From Ginglymostoma cirratum (Eukaryota), in NCBI GenBank assembly GCA_024137785.1, contig JAHRHZ010000289.1:4410324-4474323 (forward strand): a DNA stretch of 64,000 nt, written 5' to 3'. Below, one piece after another: positions 13,471 to 27,609 of this stretch. The notes under the pieces are model-generated. The model saw only the letters and a list, made by a program, of their open reading frames with translations, was not told the origin of the DNA and did no database searches. Every line of letters starts with the position of its first letter. Positions within the stretch are counted from its first letter, which is position 1. Both the position numbers and the translations under genes were made by a program.

Positions 13471-14329
13471 GTCACAATGCAGGCCATCACAATATCATGA
13501 AAGGTGAAAGGGATCCATTACACAGCTAGCTGATACCAACTGAATTTCAACATATCTTTGTCAATTAAGAAACAGAAAGTCAAGGCGCTCAGAATGTTAT
13601 ACTTCCTTTTTGTTGCTGATCCATCCTTAAACAGTAGGAAATGTGCAGTTCACAGATGACTGATAAGTTCTTTCACTCAGGTCCATATTTAGCAGGTACA
13701 GGCAACAGAATCTACTGTCTACTGCGTAAATGCAAAAAGTGAAAGTGTAGCCATCTTGAGAGCTTTTGTGTTCACATTTAAAAATAAAGTGTAAAAATTT
13801 GCAACATCTTCATATCCATACTGGGGTGATGTCAGTTACATGATAACAAAGTGCATTAGAATCAAACCCATTTGGCCAAAAAATGGAAAATCTGAAAACA
13901 TTTTTATACTGCTTTGGCCAAATGAAATTTTTTGCAAGCAATATAAAGGATTGAACCTCAGTCTGGGTCAGACATGCCACTCCACTTGTTAACTGCAGCC
14001 AGTTGAAATGAAACTGAACCTTATGTGCTGATTCAAAGTGGTATAGCACATACATCAATCATGTGTATGACATGTGCAATGACATTTTGAGTTTAATGCT
14101 TGGTGTGAGCAAAATATCAGGTGTGTAAATGCCCCATGTTGAAGCTCATTCTAATTAGCATGAGAACAAAAACATTTGTCAACAAAACCCCCACAGTGAG
14201 GTAAGGATATTACAGTACAATTGGAGGTCAGCTTTGGATCTTGAGAGGACCTGTTGCCTCCAATTTTCAAGTGTTGGCTATCCTGCTCAATATCAATACG
14301 TAACAGTTAATACACATTACTTCGGTTCT

Positions 14330-15110
14330 GTAGAACTTGCATCTCTTGAAAACATGGCATGTAATTCTACCTCCCTTTGGAAAAATACAATGTTGTTCCT
14401 TGCATTTGTTCCCTCATTACTTCTGTTCTTCAGTTAATACTTAATAGTATTTCATGAGCATGTACAGGTTGTGAGGTATTTATTGAATGATATTTCATCA
14501 AAACTGGAAAATTTGAGAGGCAATAGATTTTGAGCAAGTGAAAGAAAAAGTCAGAAAAGGAGAAAAAAGGTCAGTGGTAAGGTAGAGGTCAGGAGGGATT
14601 ATAAGAAAAATGTTTTGTGGTGCAAGTCAAAGGTAGTAGTAAAGAGACAAGAATGGTGCATCCATAGATTGCAGCCGGCATAGCTAAACAGAATGCAAGA
14701 TTCCTAACCCATTTTTTGAGGGGTGTTTACATCCTGGGGACATTTTCTGCAATGCCAGGTAATCAAGGGTGCAGTGACCCTATTTCTATTTTACCACTGT
14801 CTTTTCTGCAGGAATACTGGTGTGGGTTGTTAGAAAGCTCCTATCATAAAAGCCAAATCCAGGATGTTGAATGCAGGCCCAGTTCTGAATGCAGATCTAC
14901 AGCACATGCCCATGGTACCTCATTAACAAGTTTCTTGTGGAAGGATGAAGGATTCACATTGTGCATGGATGTAGCGACCTCCTGCCAGCAGTGAAAATCA
15001 TGTGAGTCTGTACATCTCAGGTAGAACTTGCATCTCTTGAAAACAAGGCATGTAGTTCTACCTCCCTTTGGAAAAATACAATGTTTTTCCTTGCATTTGT
15101 TCCCTCATTA
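14330..15110. repeat. 90-bp direct repeat pair (14330-14419 and 15021-15110)
   Basis: Read directly from the sequence; three mismatches over 90 bp. Confidence 0.9.
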
Positions 15111-15244
15111 TTAATTCACCAATCAGTGGAAACAACCTCTTAGTTATCTTATCATCCTGGAAACCTCTGTCAGATCACTGCTTTGAAGTGTTAATGATAA
15201 AAACACTAACTTGTCATAATGTGGAGATTCTGGGGTTGGAAGTC

Positions 15245-15335
15245 ACTTCACCTGACGAAGGAACAGGGCTATGAAAGCTTGTGATTTTGAATAAACCTAT
15301 TGAACTATAACCTGGAGTCGTGACACTTCTGATAC
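15245..15335 (+). mobile_element. Penelope-like element 3' end remnant with decayed hammerhead-like core
   Basis: CTGACGA-A-GGAACAGGGCTAT-GAAAGCTT followed by aataaacc...ctataacctgg; stem II is degraded. Confidence 0.5.
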
Positions 15336-16020
15336 TGACTTCTTGATGTAATTTAGAAGATAAACTCCCACTCCTGACGCAGGTACTTTATTCACAGTCA
15401 CTTCTGCGAGGTGGCCATCAGCTTTACTCCAGCACTAGTTATTGATGGTGTGGATAAGATTAGAAGGCTGCTTGAAATTGTAGGTAAACAGTCACAGTCT
15501 CCAAAGCGTAGTGGTTTGGAAGTGTGCCAAGTCACAAATTAATTAGCTAAATTATTGTGTTCATCATAATGATAGGGTTTCCGTACTGGGATATGGGGCA
15601 TATCTTCACAGTTCATTTTACCAACCACCAACCAACCTGAAATTCCCTCCACTCAATTCCAATAATGTGTTTAACCTTAACCCTGAAAGAGTTCCTTCTA
15701 GTTCATCAGTGTGAATTTTTCCTTTTCCTCCAGCAATGATTTTTCTGTTATTTGAGTGTTGCAGCTCAAGCGTATAGAATGACATATGGTGCTATGGAAC
15801 TGTGCTCGTTAGGACACGAATTGAGACCAACCAAAATTATTTTGAATAGGACCTTACAACTGGTGCATAATAAGGTTTCTTCCATCTGTCAGGGCTGAAA
15901 TTGAAACCTGTCCAAGTATGAAATAACACACACATGTTCAATCTGTTCCCAATACCACCTAATTAATTCAAACACCTACACTGAAATCTCATGTTTCTCA
16001 ATAACAGAAAACTTGGCTTA

Positions 16021-16128
16021 AGTAAAGCAAAAGATGAAGAGTCAACAGACATGAAACATTAACCCTGCTTTCGTCTCACAGATGCTGCCAGACCTGCTGA
16101 ATTTCTCCAGCAATTTTTGTTTTTGCTT
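16021..16128 (+). mobile_element. short Penelope-derived insertion with 16-bp TSD
   Basis: Flanked by cagaaaacttggctta at 16005-16020 and 16129-16144. The body cagatgctgccagacctgctga is shared with the other copies. Confidence 0.8.
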
Positions 16129-16180
16129 CAGAAAACTTGGCTTAGTGTTTTCATGCAAACAGTCTAATGTATTTCCTTAC

Positions 16181-16306
16181 CAAGTGATGATTCAGATGCA
16201 GAGGAGGATCTATTAACGCTGAATGCCATGTCAGAGTCACTGTCATAATGGGAACCACCCGGAGAACCTGAAGGAGATACATCTACAGGACTGGACTGAG
16301 ACGTAC
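16181..16306 (-). CDS. neurl1b: neurl1b coding exon 4, Ser-rich linker
   Basis: CCCTCTGCAG| acceptor and G|GTAAGG donor; 126 nt. Encodes GTSQSSP...DSDSDMAFSVNRSSSASESSL, matching the NEURL1B DSDSDMxFSVNxSSSASESSL motif. Confidence 0.95.
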
Positions 16307-16644
16307 CTGCAGAGGGAATATTAAAGCCTGTTAACTCCACAGAGCACACTCCATTTCAGAGCACATTATTGTTGTTGCTTTCAACATGCAGAAGACCATT
16401 GCCATGATATAAACTCCAATGCCAATGCACATAATAAGTGTTTATTTTCCTGCATTGTGACATAATTGTAACATAATTTCATATAGCAGAGGTAAACAGA
16501 AATTTATATTGATCCTAAAGCAATTCAAACTATATTTAGTGCTCATTGCTAACATAAGCTGAGAGTATGAAAATATATCCATTCTGTTTATTCTTAATTA
16601 TTGATCATTTATTAAATGTATTGGAAATAAAGGTTTATTTTGAA

Positions 16645-17530
16645 AATAGGTGGGAAGGCAAGTCGTGAGGATGACACAGAGTCTGCAGTGGAATACAAAC
16701 AATTTGAGTGGGCAAAAACTTGGCAGGTGGAATATAATGTGAGAAAATGTGAGGTTATGAACTTTGGCAGGAAGAATAGATGAGCTGATTATTATTTAAA
16801 TGAAGAAAGACTTCAAAAAGCTATGAAACAGAGATTTGGGAGTCCTCATCCATGACACACAAAAAGCTACCATCCAAGTTAAGCAAATAATAGGAAAGGC
16901 AAATGCAATGTTGGTCTTCATTTCAAAGGAATGGAGTATAATTTTAGGGAGGTCTTGCTAAAACTATACAAGGTACTAGTCAGATCACAGCTGGAATACT
17001 ATGAAGAGTTTTGGTTCTCTTACCTAAGGAAAGATATACTGGCATTGGAGGCTGTCCAGAGAAGATTCACCACACTGACACTGGGTTTGGAGGGATTGTC
17101 TTATGAGGAGAGATCGAGTAGATTGGGCCTGTACTCGTTGGAGTTTAGAAAAATGAGAAGTAACATTAACAAAATGTAAGATTCTTAGGGAACTTGACAG
17201 AGTGAATGTGAAGAGGTTGTTTTCCCTTGTGGGAGAGTCTAGGACCAGGAGGGCATAATTGAATAATAAAGGGTCGCACATTTAAAACAGAGGTGAGTAG
17301 GAATTTCTTCTTTCAGGTGGTTGCGAGTCTGTGGAATTCCATTCTGCAGAGGGCTGTTGAGGCTGGGTGATTAAGCATATTCAAGGATGAGATAGACAGA
17401 CTTTTGAACTGTAAGGGAATCAATGTTTGCGGGAAGTGACAGTAGAGTTGAAGATTTTCAGATCAACTACCATCTCATTCACGGCTGAGTCGACTTATTG
17501 GGCTGAATGGCTTTTGCTGCTGAGTCTTAG
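16645..17530 (+). mobile_element. 5'-truncated CR1 LINE
   Basis: ORF 16931-17179 (LLKLYKVLVRSQLEY...LEAVQRRFT...LSYEER...LGLYSLE) is the CR1 ORF2 C-terminus. Confidence 0.9.
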
Positions 17531-18039
17531 GTCACCAATCCAAGACCAAATACAGAATGGCCAGATGAAGACTGAGATGCTCTTTACTATGTTCTAATGA
17601 ATATGCCTTCACATTAATCTCAGGGAAAAACCCAATGTATCAGTTAACATCAATCCTAAATCCCCTCAAATCATATTTTATGTCCATCATTAAACAGAAG
17701 TGAAATCTGTGACAGCACTAAAAGGCAAACTCTATAACATTATATTCCTTTTGTTTGTCACACATATATTTGGTTTTAGCATCCACTATTTGATTAACTT
17801 GATCAACAGGTCTTTCATTGTACAAACTGACTTAATTTTTTTCAATTAAATAATTCTTCAGTTCCGCAAGTCTGGCAATGTTGGAGGTCCCCTTATTATG
17901 ATTACATTAAAACCGATGTCCTGTCTCTCTGTTTCCTTTTGGAAGGATGTACAGCCTATTTATTAAACTATTTACAAGAAACGTTTGTGGCTTCACAAGT
18001 GTCGAATCTCTTTAATCTGTCATTAGTATCAGCCATGTT

Positions 18040-18290
18040 TTTGTGGCAGTTTGAATCATAAAGTTATGAGTTTAAGTTACAGTTCAGTGACTTCAGTACA
18101 GAATTTAGGCTGTACCTCCACTGTAATACTGAGGGAGTACTGCACTGTTGAGGGAGACATATTTTGGATGAAACATTAAACTGAGGTCCCTCCTGCCCTC
18201 TTAGGTGGACTGGAACGATTCCATTCGACGATTTTGAACAGTAGGAAAGATCTCCCCAGTACAGTAGTCAATATTTCAATGAACACTGAA
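18040..18290 (+). mobile_element. Deu-domain SINE (SacSINE1/AmnSINE1-like)
   Basis: tactgagggagtactgcactgttgagggag...ttggatgaaacattaaactgaggtccc...tgccctcttaggtggac resembles the Deu-domain core as I recall it. Confidence 0.75.
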
Positions 18291-21200
18291 AACGTGCATA
18301 GAAAATTGAAGCTTAGATCTTCAATTAATTTTAAATTACATTTTCAAATTGCTGGATTGGAAAACCACGATATTTTGAACAATTTTTTCCAAGTCTCGTT
18401 CATAGAAGACTGATATCTTAAATGACACTAATTAATACTGAAGTGCACTGTATGCTTTTGTGTATAACTCAGATAACTTATTGGAAATTCACTACCAAAA
18501 TGTCTTTAGTAATTTATGCTGTTGCTGAGAATTTCTTCAATATCAATTGACTTTGCAGTAATGGACATAGACAGAGAATGTTCTTCAAAATAATTTACAG
18601 TACAATTCTAAGTTTCAAAGGACTGGCTTCAAGTCATCTAAAGCCTGATGAGTTGTCTAACCACTAACTTCCAACTTTCCTCTGTTTGTTGAAAGAGCAG
18701 ATAGGTAATTAAAATGGTCTGCGCACAAAGCAGCAGAAGACAGATAAAGAGAAAACTTCAAGGTGACCTAACAGATGTTTCCAAGATCAGAAAAGGAAAA
18801 TGGTTATACTCAGAGTGGTAAGTAGCTCATAGTTTGAAAAACTGATAATCAAAATAGAGAAATGGCATTTTGTGTAAAGCACAATATTCATGAAATAATT
18901 TAGCAAGGCTGTTGAAGGAAACAGTATAAAATACATCAAGGAGCAATTGTGTACTTTTCTACTGAGAGAAAAAAACAGAATTTGCATACAATGAGATCAA
19001 CCTGAATTTAATTAGTTACTCCTATTCTTGAAACCTTTTGGGGGTAGAAAATGATGGTAACATAGAGAAAATGAGCTAAAATCATGAAGAATAAAAAAAA
19101 TTCTACAGAAATAATATAAGTAAGAAGATATACAAGGCAGGAGTAGACCCAATAAGAGTTTGTAGTAAAGCGTGAAGCTTGTAGTTGAATGCGAGATAAT
19201 GACAGACATTGAATAAGTAGTCTGCCTCAGTGAAGATTATTATTTAAAAAGATAGTCATAAGACGTTATCACAGCTCACAGTAGGTAAATTACCAGGATC
19301 TGCTGGTTTACGTTGAAGGATTTTGAGGGAAACTCTGGGTGAAATAGTGAAGGCTAATAAAGATTTTTCAAAATTCTTATGAAAAATAGTGTCAGAGGAA
19401 TGGAGGATAACCGAAGCCAGCTAACTTTACTTCAGTTCTTGGTAAATTACTGAAGTTTATCACATATCAAAATTACTAAATTTCTCAAGGGCAGGTAATG
19501 CTTGATCAACCATAGAGAATTCCTGGAATAGATAACAGAGGGCACTTAGGAGTAATGGATGCGATCAATGAAGAATATAAAAAAAAAATCGATTCAGTAC
19601 AATAAAAAATTTATGGAAAAATAATGGCACATTAAATGATTGAGGAATGTGGCTGATGAGATAGAAAGATGATTGAATGGCAGAAAATAAGCCTGCTCTA
19701 ACATTCATTAAGATCACAGTTGCTTTTCCATCTCAACTCCAGCTTCCCTATCTATTCTCATATCCCCCGAATCTGTTAACAATCCAAAACCTCAATCTTG
19801 AATATACCCAATGAATGAGCATCCATGGATCCCCAAGGTTGAGAACTTCAATTGTATAAAACCCTTTAGGTGAAGAAATTTCTCCTTATCTCAGTCCTAA
19901 ATGGTGAGGCCATCAGCTGAAATGTCAATATCAAATACTGAGCAAACCTGCATGACAAGGGACCAAATGAGAGGCATGTGGAACTGAAATTTCATGCTTG
20001 CCCTCTGATTCCTGACAAGTGCCTTGGGATTGGAAACATGGTAGGTAGTGACCAACATGCTCTTAAAGTGCTGCTGGATTTGCTATTTAAATTCCTTCTC
20101 CAAATACAACTTTCCCTTGGATTGCTATTTTTGTCAAGGTGGGCAGGTTTCTGAAGGTTGTGGTAAACCTGTCCGCAACCTGGGAAGCATACCGTGGTAT
20201 CAGGATTCCTTTGACAAGGAAGATTAACAACTCTTGACAACTTCAACTGTTGTAATTAAATGTTGTTATTAAGGTATGTTGTTATTGTAGGGATTGATCA
20301 TTGGGCTCAATCATAACAAGATACTATTAAATTGACGTAAAAGGTTCAGATACCCTAATTTCTACAATGAATAAAGTCATCTTCTGCATGTTACAGTATG
20401 GAGAGCCAGTTAAGACTGTATGTTGGAGGCCCATTGGTTTGATTTTTACATTGAGTCTATGACTTGATATTTGTTGAGCCTTTGAAGCACTTTTACAGTA
20501 TCCACTACGAATAGAATCAATGCACCATGTAATCAGAGTGCCAAGTCTTTTAAATCCTCATGGAATAAGAAAAAAATCATTCCAAATTTTTCTTTGAAAA
20601 AATTTGCCAAACACGACCAATGGGAAAAATAAACAAACTTCAATTGACACAACTTTGCTCAAATAAACTAATGTGAATTTTAAAAGAGATTTCAAGGAAA
20701 GATAATACGTTTTTAAGCTTAAAACTGTCAATGAAACAAAACCAGCAGTCCCCTTTGCAGTTGCACAAACAGCAACCTGCAGAGCTGAATCCGTTAGTGT
20801 ATCTTGGAGCTCAGCTAAGCATTGGCAATGTTGTGCTGTGGACAACAGAGGAGTGGTTCCCTGACCCACACAAAGTACCCCTGGACCACACCACTCCCAA
20901 GTTACTTCTCCCTTGCAGCACCTGTAATGACTCAAGCTTTCTTCTCCAGCAATAGCTAAATGCAACTGGGCCATTCTCTTGGGCCCCCAGCTTCCTCTGG
21001 CTTTAAACTTGATTATCAATCACACTTGCATCTTTTGACATCTCTCCCACATACTGATGAGGCACCAACCATCAATTATTTCAATTAAAATGGAACAGAT
21101 GAGCTGCTTGAAGAAACAAGCCTACTGAAGGATATGGGGGATGGGACAAAATTAGGCAACTCATGTGCAGAATAGAACCAACACAAATCTAAAAAGCCAA

Positions 21201-21923
21201 ATTTCCTGTTCCTATGCAAGAATATTTGATAACTAATCTAAGTGATTCAGCGATTCTGATATTAAACCTGCGTGTTTATTCCACTGTTGTGCAGAGTCAA
21301 ACTTTCTACATTTTGTTGATTAATTTCCCAAATAATTTGGTGATGGAAGTCACAGCCATTACAATATCTGAAAAAAATTAAGTATACTAACAAACACAAA
21401 ATATATGCTGTACTGAAACAAAACATGTTGGTTGGCTTATTGAAATTTCTACATGGAATCCAATAAGAGCTGATTAAAGAGCCTTTAAGAATACTAATTC
21501 CAAACAGTGGGTTACTATTCTATGCAACTCATTTCAATTCGGCCAGACAGTATGTTGTGAAATACAGTTTGAAAAGGACAGTATTTAGGAATGTTTCTCT
21601 GCTTTTGTCTTGATGGTATTGATTCTTACAGTAACTGCTCAGGAGGAAGGTGTGTGTATGTGTACTATCTGTTAATCATTGAACTGATCGGCGTTATTTC
21701 CTTGTCTAACAATCACACAACGGTATTTCCCAAAAAGGATCACTGAACAACAACTGGTAGTTGCCCAGGCAAAGTTTCCTATCCTTATCTGTTGGGTTTT
21801 TTCTCACGTTTATAGTTTAGAATACTTTAACAAATTCAAACATATGTTTTATTCACCCTTTTGTAACTATAATTCTAATAAGCATGACACGTGGGATAAA
21901 TAAGCAAGTACCAGTTTACTTAC

Positions 21924-22631
21924 CCAGAATCCTGAGCTGATTGACCACTCCATGTAAGCTGAAGAATACCCACAGTGACTGAGTGGTGTCCACAAAGACC
22001 AGCATCCCTATGTTTATTCCGTTAACACGATGATGGAGCTCACCATTTGGCAGAATAGTGAAACTGAAAATATCACCGCTGTTGGGCACTGAGAAACCTC
22101 TGTACACCACCCAATACTCCTTACGATCAAGCAGATAGTCTGGATCCGCTGGGAGCTCATTTGTTCGCAGAGTACTGGGGTCGCATGATGTCACACCGAA
22201 GAGCAGAGCACCATAATACGGCAACCCTAAATGCCCCACCTCCACATACAAGGTCTCCCCAGTATGTAAAGGTCGATCAGAGAACACCAGGGTCCTAGTA
22301 CTCTCCTTCCAGTTTGTGCATGCGCCCATCCTATCCTGAGAAAGAGTGACGTCAGGCCCTCGTATATGGTGGAAGTGAAGGTCAGTGTCGAGGAAGGACG
22401 GTAGGCCCCGTGAGCGAAGCCGTCTGTTGGTACAACACGGTAAATTATGATTGTCTGCTGCAAGGCTTTGAACTTCACCTACATTTAGGTTTGTAATTTT
22501 TGCCACCACAACACTGTTCTCCAGTTCATTATTATTGAAGTTGGCATTGTCATGACTCGTCTGAGGAAGGCAACTATTCAGTCGTGCTGTGTTGAGCCGT
22601 GCTGAAGTTATGGTATCTGCAAACATACTCT
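21924..22631 (-). CDS. neurl1b: neurl1b coding exon 3, linker plus second NHR domain (NHR2)
   Basis: ATTACAG| acceptor and G|GTAAGT donor; 708 nt. Encodes ESMFADT...NFNNNELEN...LVFSDRPL...FGVTSCDP...NELPADPDYLLDRKEYWVV...LWVFF...QLRILG. The linker matches the 1B paralogue. Confidence 0.97.
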
Positions 22632-23489
22632 CTGTAATAGACACAGAGGGAAAATATTACTGCTGTTATATGTTTGATCCGGAAACATTTCTTACCACAG
22701 ATATTATGATACCAGACATGTATGACATTCATAAATATAAAGAAATGGTGAATTTAACCGAATTCACTAACTCTAATCAGAATTACTAATACATACATAT
22801 TGTAACTGTGGATCTGTTTTTCTACATTTCATTCTGTCTGATTACTTTCCTGTTTCCCCTCACTTTGAAACAAATAAAGAAATAGGTTCGTCAATACCTA
22901 GGGCTTTAGTTTCATTAGCTCAGAATCTATTCGCTCCGTGGAAAATGTTGTTAACTTTTTTTTTCCTGTTTTGATGGTATTTTTCCAAATTGAAATTTCT
23001 CTTCCCTGTTTTAAAATCAATACGTAGAACTTGAAACAGCTGGAAGCCTATAGAAATCTGTAAAACAACAACCGGGCACTGTGTTGCTGCCTTTTGTGCA
23101 CCTGCTTGCCCTCACACAGCTATATTGTTTGTTAATCAAGGTGAACAATGAAATGGGAAATCAAGGAGTTAGAGCTGTGCATTTTTATGAAACAAAACAT
23201 AATACACAGCTCCTTCAATTGATCCTCCCAACTCACAATATTGAAAGCAAGCCCCCAACTTTCATGCAAAGGAAACTTCCAATTATTACATGAGATTGCT
23301 GCCAAGCTTTTTACAGCAATTGTGTAGAAGCTGAGAGCACTTTGCATTGTATGCCTTGCCCGCTGAGAACTGGATACAAGTCATTCATTGCATGACCTTC
23401 AAAAACTGACACAAAAGAGTCTATCAAGTAAACTAGTCTATAATCAAATTCAGAGGTTAAAATTTGACATTCATGTCGTGTTAGAACTA

Positions 23490-23972
23490 CAGACAGTCAA
23501 AGAGCACAGAAACAGACCCTTCGGTCCAACTCATCCATGCTGACCAAGTTTCCCAAACTAAACTAGACCCTTTCGCGTGTGTTTGGCCCATATCCCTCTA
23601 AACCTTTCCTATTCACGTACCTGTATTTTAAATGTTGTAACTGTACCACTTCCTCTGGCAGTTCATTCCACATATGAACCACCTACTGCGTGAAAAGGTT
23701 GCCCCTCAGGTCCCTTTTAATTCTTTCTCCTTAAAATTATGCCCTCTAGTTATGAACTCCCCAACTCTGTGGAAGCAATCTTTGCTATTCACCTTATCTA
23801 TGCCCCTCATGATTTTATAAACCTCTATAACGTTACCCTTCAACCTCCTACCCTCCAGTGAAAAAGTTCCAGCTCATCCAGCCTCTCTTTATAACTCAAA
23901 ACTTCCAGTCCCGGCAACATCCTGGTAAATCTTTTCTGCACCCTCTCCAATTTAATAATATCCTTCCTACAA
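23490..23972 (-). mobile_element. CR1 LINE 3' fragment
   Basis: Reverse complement of the CR1 3' end and ORF2 C-terminus seen at 16.9-17.5 kb. Confidence 0.8.
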
Positions 23973-26072
23973 AAGGTGAGTAGTCCTGTTTGGTAGCTTC
24001 AGCAGGTTGATACATTTTTAGATATACCTGGTGTTGCTCTTCGAGATTAAGGTGAAAGGGACAAATATGAAGGAGTACAGGCTGGGTTCAAAACTCCAAC
24101 AGGACATGAGACATGAATGATACTTGGCATTGTTGAGATTGGAGGAGCCGGGAGAAAACTGCATGATTTATGTGCCATCGATTTTGTTGTTAGTCCTCAG
24201 ATCATACTGAAAATCAACCAGTGAAAAAGTCTGTTTTTATATGTGGGAGCTTTACTAGCAAGTGACACTAAAACTAATCATTAACTTTAACAGAAACTTG
24301 GCCCTACAATTATTCCAATGGTTCCGTGAGGATCATTGAGCAAAAACATATTCCTACATCCTCGATTATTAAGGTTTTTCTTTGATTAGCGCTGCAGCCC
24401 ACATTACTGAGTTACCATCATTAACAGTCAATTGTAGGGTGGTGTTCTCGAAAGGCTACTTAAGAACAGTAATTGAACTAAGAGTTTTTATGAGGAAACA
24501 CTCATTAGTTTCACCATTACCATAATTTTAGTTGTCCATGAAACCTGATTTGACAGGTGTGGGTGGACTACAAAATCATGGTGTTTTTGAAGCACTGTAC
24601 TGACTAAAATGTTTAAGTTTTGTTGCAGCAACCATACAGAATATACTACAACACGTTTGTTGTTAGAATTGGAATTTATGGCCCCAGTTGAGCTTCCTGT
24701 ATCAAGTCATCCATCCAAACTGACTTGAATTGATGAAGCTGCCTAAGGAGCAGACAACTTCATAGGTAGGCTTTTAGTCATTTAGTATACAAGGGCCATC
24801 ACTGTTGTTCATCTACTGAGTGCTATATATGGCATTCCAGCAGGCACTAAATCCATGCGGATTAAGCTCAATCCGTCATCTATTTTCATTAACTAGAAAC
24901 ATTGTGTGCTAAATTTGACAGCTTCTGAACACAGATGGGGAGATCATGGATAGGTTTGTTCAAAATGATGCAGGCAACATGCCAACTTCATACTGCCTGC
25001 TGTGAGCAGCCAGCACTAGCAAGACTGTGCAGGTTTGCCTGCCTCAACAGGCCCCAAATTTCTGAAAGGTTAATGTGAGGTAAGGCTAGCCAGCATCAGG
25101 TAAAGCCTGAATCTCTTAAAGAGGGGACGCATTATGACTGGACCAGGTGCTGGAAGTTGTTGCAGAGCTGCTTCTGACCTCTTACATTACAGGACAAGAA
25201 TAGGTGCATGGTTTTCAGAGTGGTGAAGGGAAAAAGAGATCCTGTATCCACGTGGGAATGAAGAACTATGCAGACACACAATCAGAAGGTAGAAGGAGCA
25301 AATAGCCATGCAGGCAAATGCTAGGAGTCCAACCCCGAGGATCTCGAAGCAGAAATGCAAGAAGTTCAAAACGAGCTCAGACATGTTGTTAAGGTCAGAG
25401 TATAGGGACTGGATCTTTGCTCCAGAGTTAGGAGCAGAAAGTTGGGAACAGTTCTAGTTGCTAACCTGACTTGGCAGAGGAGTGGCAGGAGGTGCACAAG
25501 ATGGTTTTAGGCCTGTCACACCCCCAGAAAGAATGCAGAGATAGTCATAGGGGCTATGTAAAAGGCCCACCCCATCCATAATAGAAAAATAAAAAAAAAG
25601 CTCACTAAGCCCTTACTCTTATCACCCCCTCACACAGTTGCTGTGTCCCATTCATGACTTCTCATGCTCCTCTATCCACCCCACGTGACTATGTACAACA
25701 CCTATACCAACAGTCCCAATGCATGTCAAACCATCACACCCACCCACTTTTGCCCTTATACTCACTGTGCCAAATCCTCTAGTAACCACCATGGGTAGAC
25801 TTCAGGTGCCATGCTGAGGTGAAATAAATTTCTAAGTATCTATTGATGACATCACTGTTTATAAAGAAACTTTTCCTTGATAAACCCTAATGAATGACAT
25901 TTAAATACCTTCACTACTTAATTCCACTATGAAAAGAAGGATTTGTTTCATAGCCCCACATCAAGGGCTCAATAATCACTTGATGCTGTCAATCAAATTG
26001 TGAACTTACAGCTCTTCACTACAGTAATGATGATAAGTTGTGGAATTAGTCATGTAGCACCAACTAGATGAT

Positions 26073-26396
26073 AGGGAAGTGGTGGCCTAGCAGTCTTATC
26101 ACTGTACTGTTAATTCAGAGACCCAGGTAATGTTCTGAGGACCTTGGTTCAATAAAAATCTGGAATTAAGAGTTTAATGATGACCACAAATCCATTGTTG
26201 ATTGTCAAGAGAAACCCATCCAGGTCACAAATATCCTTCAGGTAAGGAAACTGCCATCCTTACCTGGTCTGGCCTACATGGAGTCCAGACTCACAGTAAT
26301 GTAGTTGACTTTTAACTTCCCTCTGGGCAATTGGGAATGGGCACTCAGTGCTGGCATAGCCAGTGACGACCTCAACAAGAAGAATTAAAAAAAAAC
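26073..26396 (+). mobile_element. tRNA-derived SINE, same family as 5420-5782
   Basis: Colinear similarity with the 5420 copy; A-rich tail. Confidence 0.8.
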
Positions 26397-27609
26397 TCTA
26401 TAATGATAACCTCATATTATGTCAATAACCACAACTGAAAGTGTTAGCAGCAGGCTGTTGCCTTTTTTCAATTTAAAAGAATTTGGGAATTTAAATGTCT
26501 AGGCAGCTTGACAGCTCCAGTGAGTTTAACCCATTTTTACACATATTCATGCCTATTTTTAACAATCTCAAGGGCCACCTCAGCTTTGCTAAAGGGCAAA
26601 TGACCTCAAGGGGACCGAAAGACCTGCTCCCTCATCTCTCAAAAAGGAAGTCCTACCTCTCCAAAGGCTTCTGGCAACTTTAGACATTTTTCTCAAATGC
26701 CTAAAGCTCCCGAGTCATGGTTTCACATCCCACTACTGAAGAATTCAACTGTTTGACAATGTGCAGCTCTACATCAGCGAAAATTGCGGGTGCTGGGTTT
26801 GTGATATACAACAGAGAGTTTAGAATTATAGTATGAAAACAGGGAAGTGGAGCTTAGACCATAACCAGATCAGCCATGGTCTTACTGAATGATGCAGCAG
26901 GCTTCAACAGCCAAATAGCCTACTCCTAGGGGTACTACTTTCCTATGACTCAGGGTTCCAGTATCATGTTGGCTAAGTCAGGGACCCCTTCAATTTCCAT
27001 GAAAATCCAATCATATACCTTTAAATGTTTTACAATACCAACAACACTAGACTCAGCCACTGTGCAGTTAACCAGCCTCCATCACTTAACTTCAAATAAT
27101 CTCTATCAATCAGATTCAAAGCTGACATTCATATGCCCCATCATATCCTCACATAATTAGCATTGCTGCCAGTCTCATACCCACTGTTTGTACACATTGC
27201 TAGTTATTTGACAACGACATCTCTTGCATACTTCTTTCTTTCCCACAGGGCAGGGTTGCACTTGGCTGGAGGCTGGGGAAGCAAACTGGAGGGCCAGACA
27301 TGCCTTTAAATGCTGATGCATAGAGAAATAGAGGCTGGCCATTCCTGAGGCATCCAGTAGGGAGGCCATGATGAGCAGAGATGCTACAAATGACCAAATC
27401 CTCACATCCAATTTTTCATTCCACATTATCCCTCCATTTATTCCACAAACACTTATAATTTTCATGCCGCAGATGGTGTAGTCATGATCTTCTCAGTCTA
27501 TACAACTTCCCAGGTCACAAGCTTACTCTTGTGCTTATCTCCTTTCAATGCCTAAGAAGGGCAATCAGACACAGCAGTGCAGGAACACAGTGATGAAGTA
27601 TTTTTTAGT

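Noticed and set aside
20558-21019. 153-aa minus-strand intronic ORF (also 31666-32106, 146 aa)
   Set aside because: No homology recognised, low-information composition, and the neurl1b protein is complete without them.
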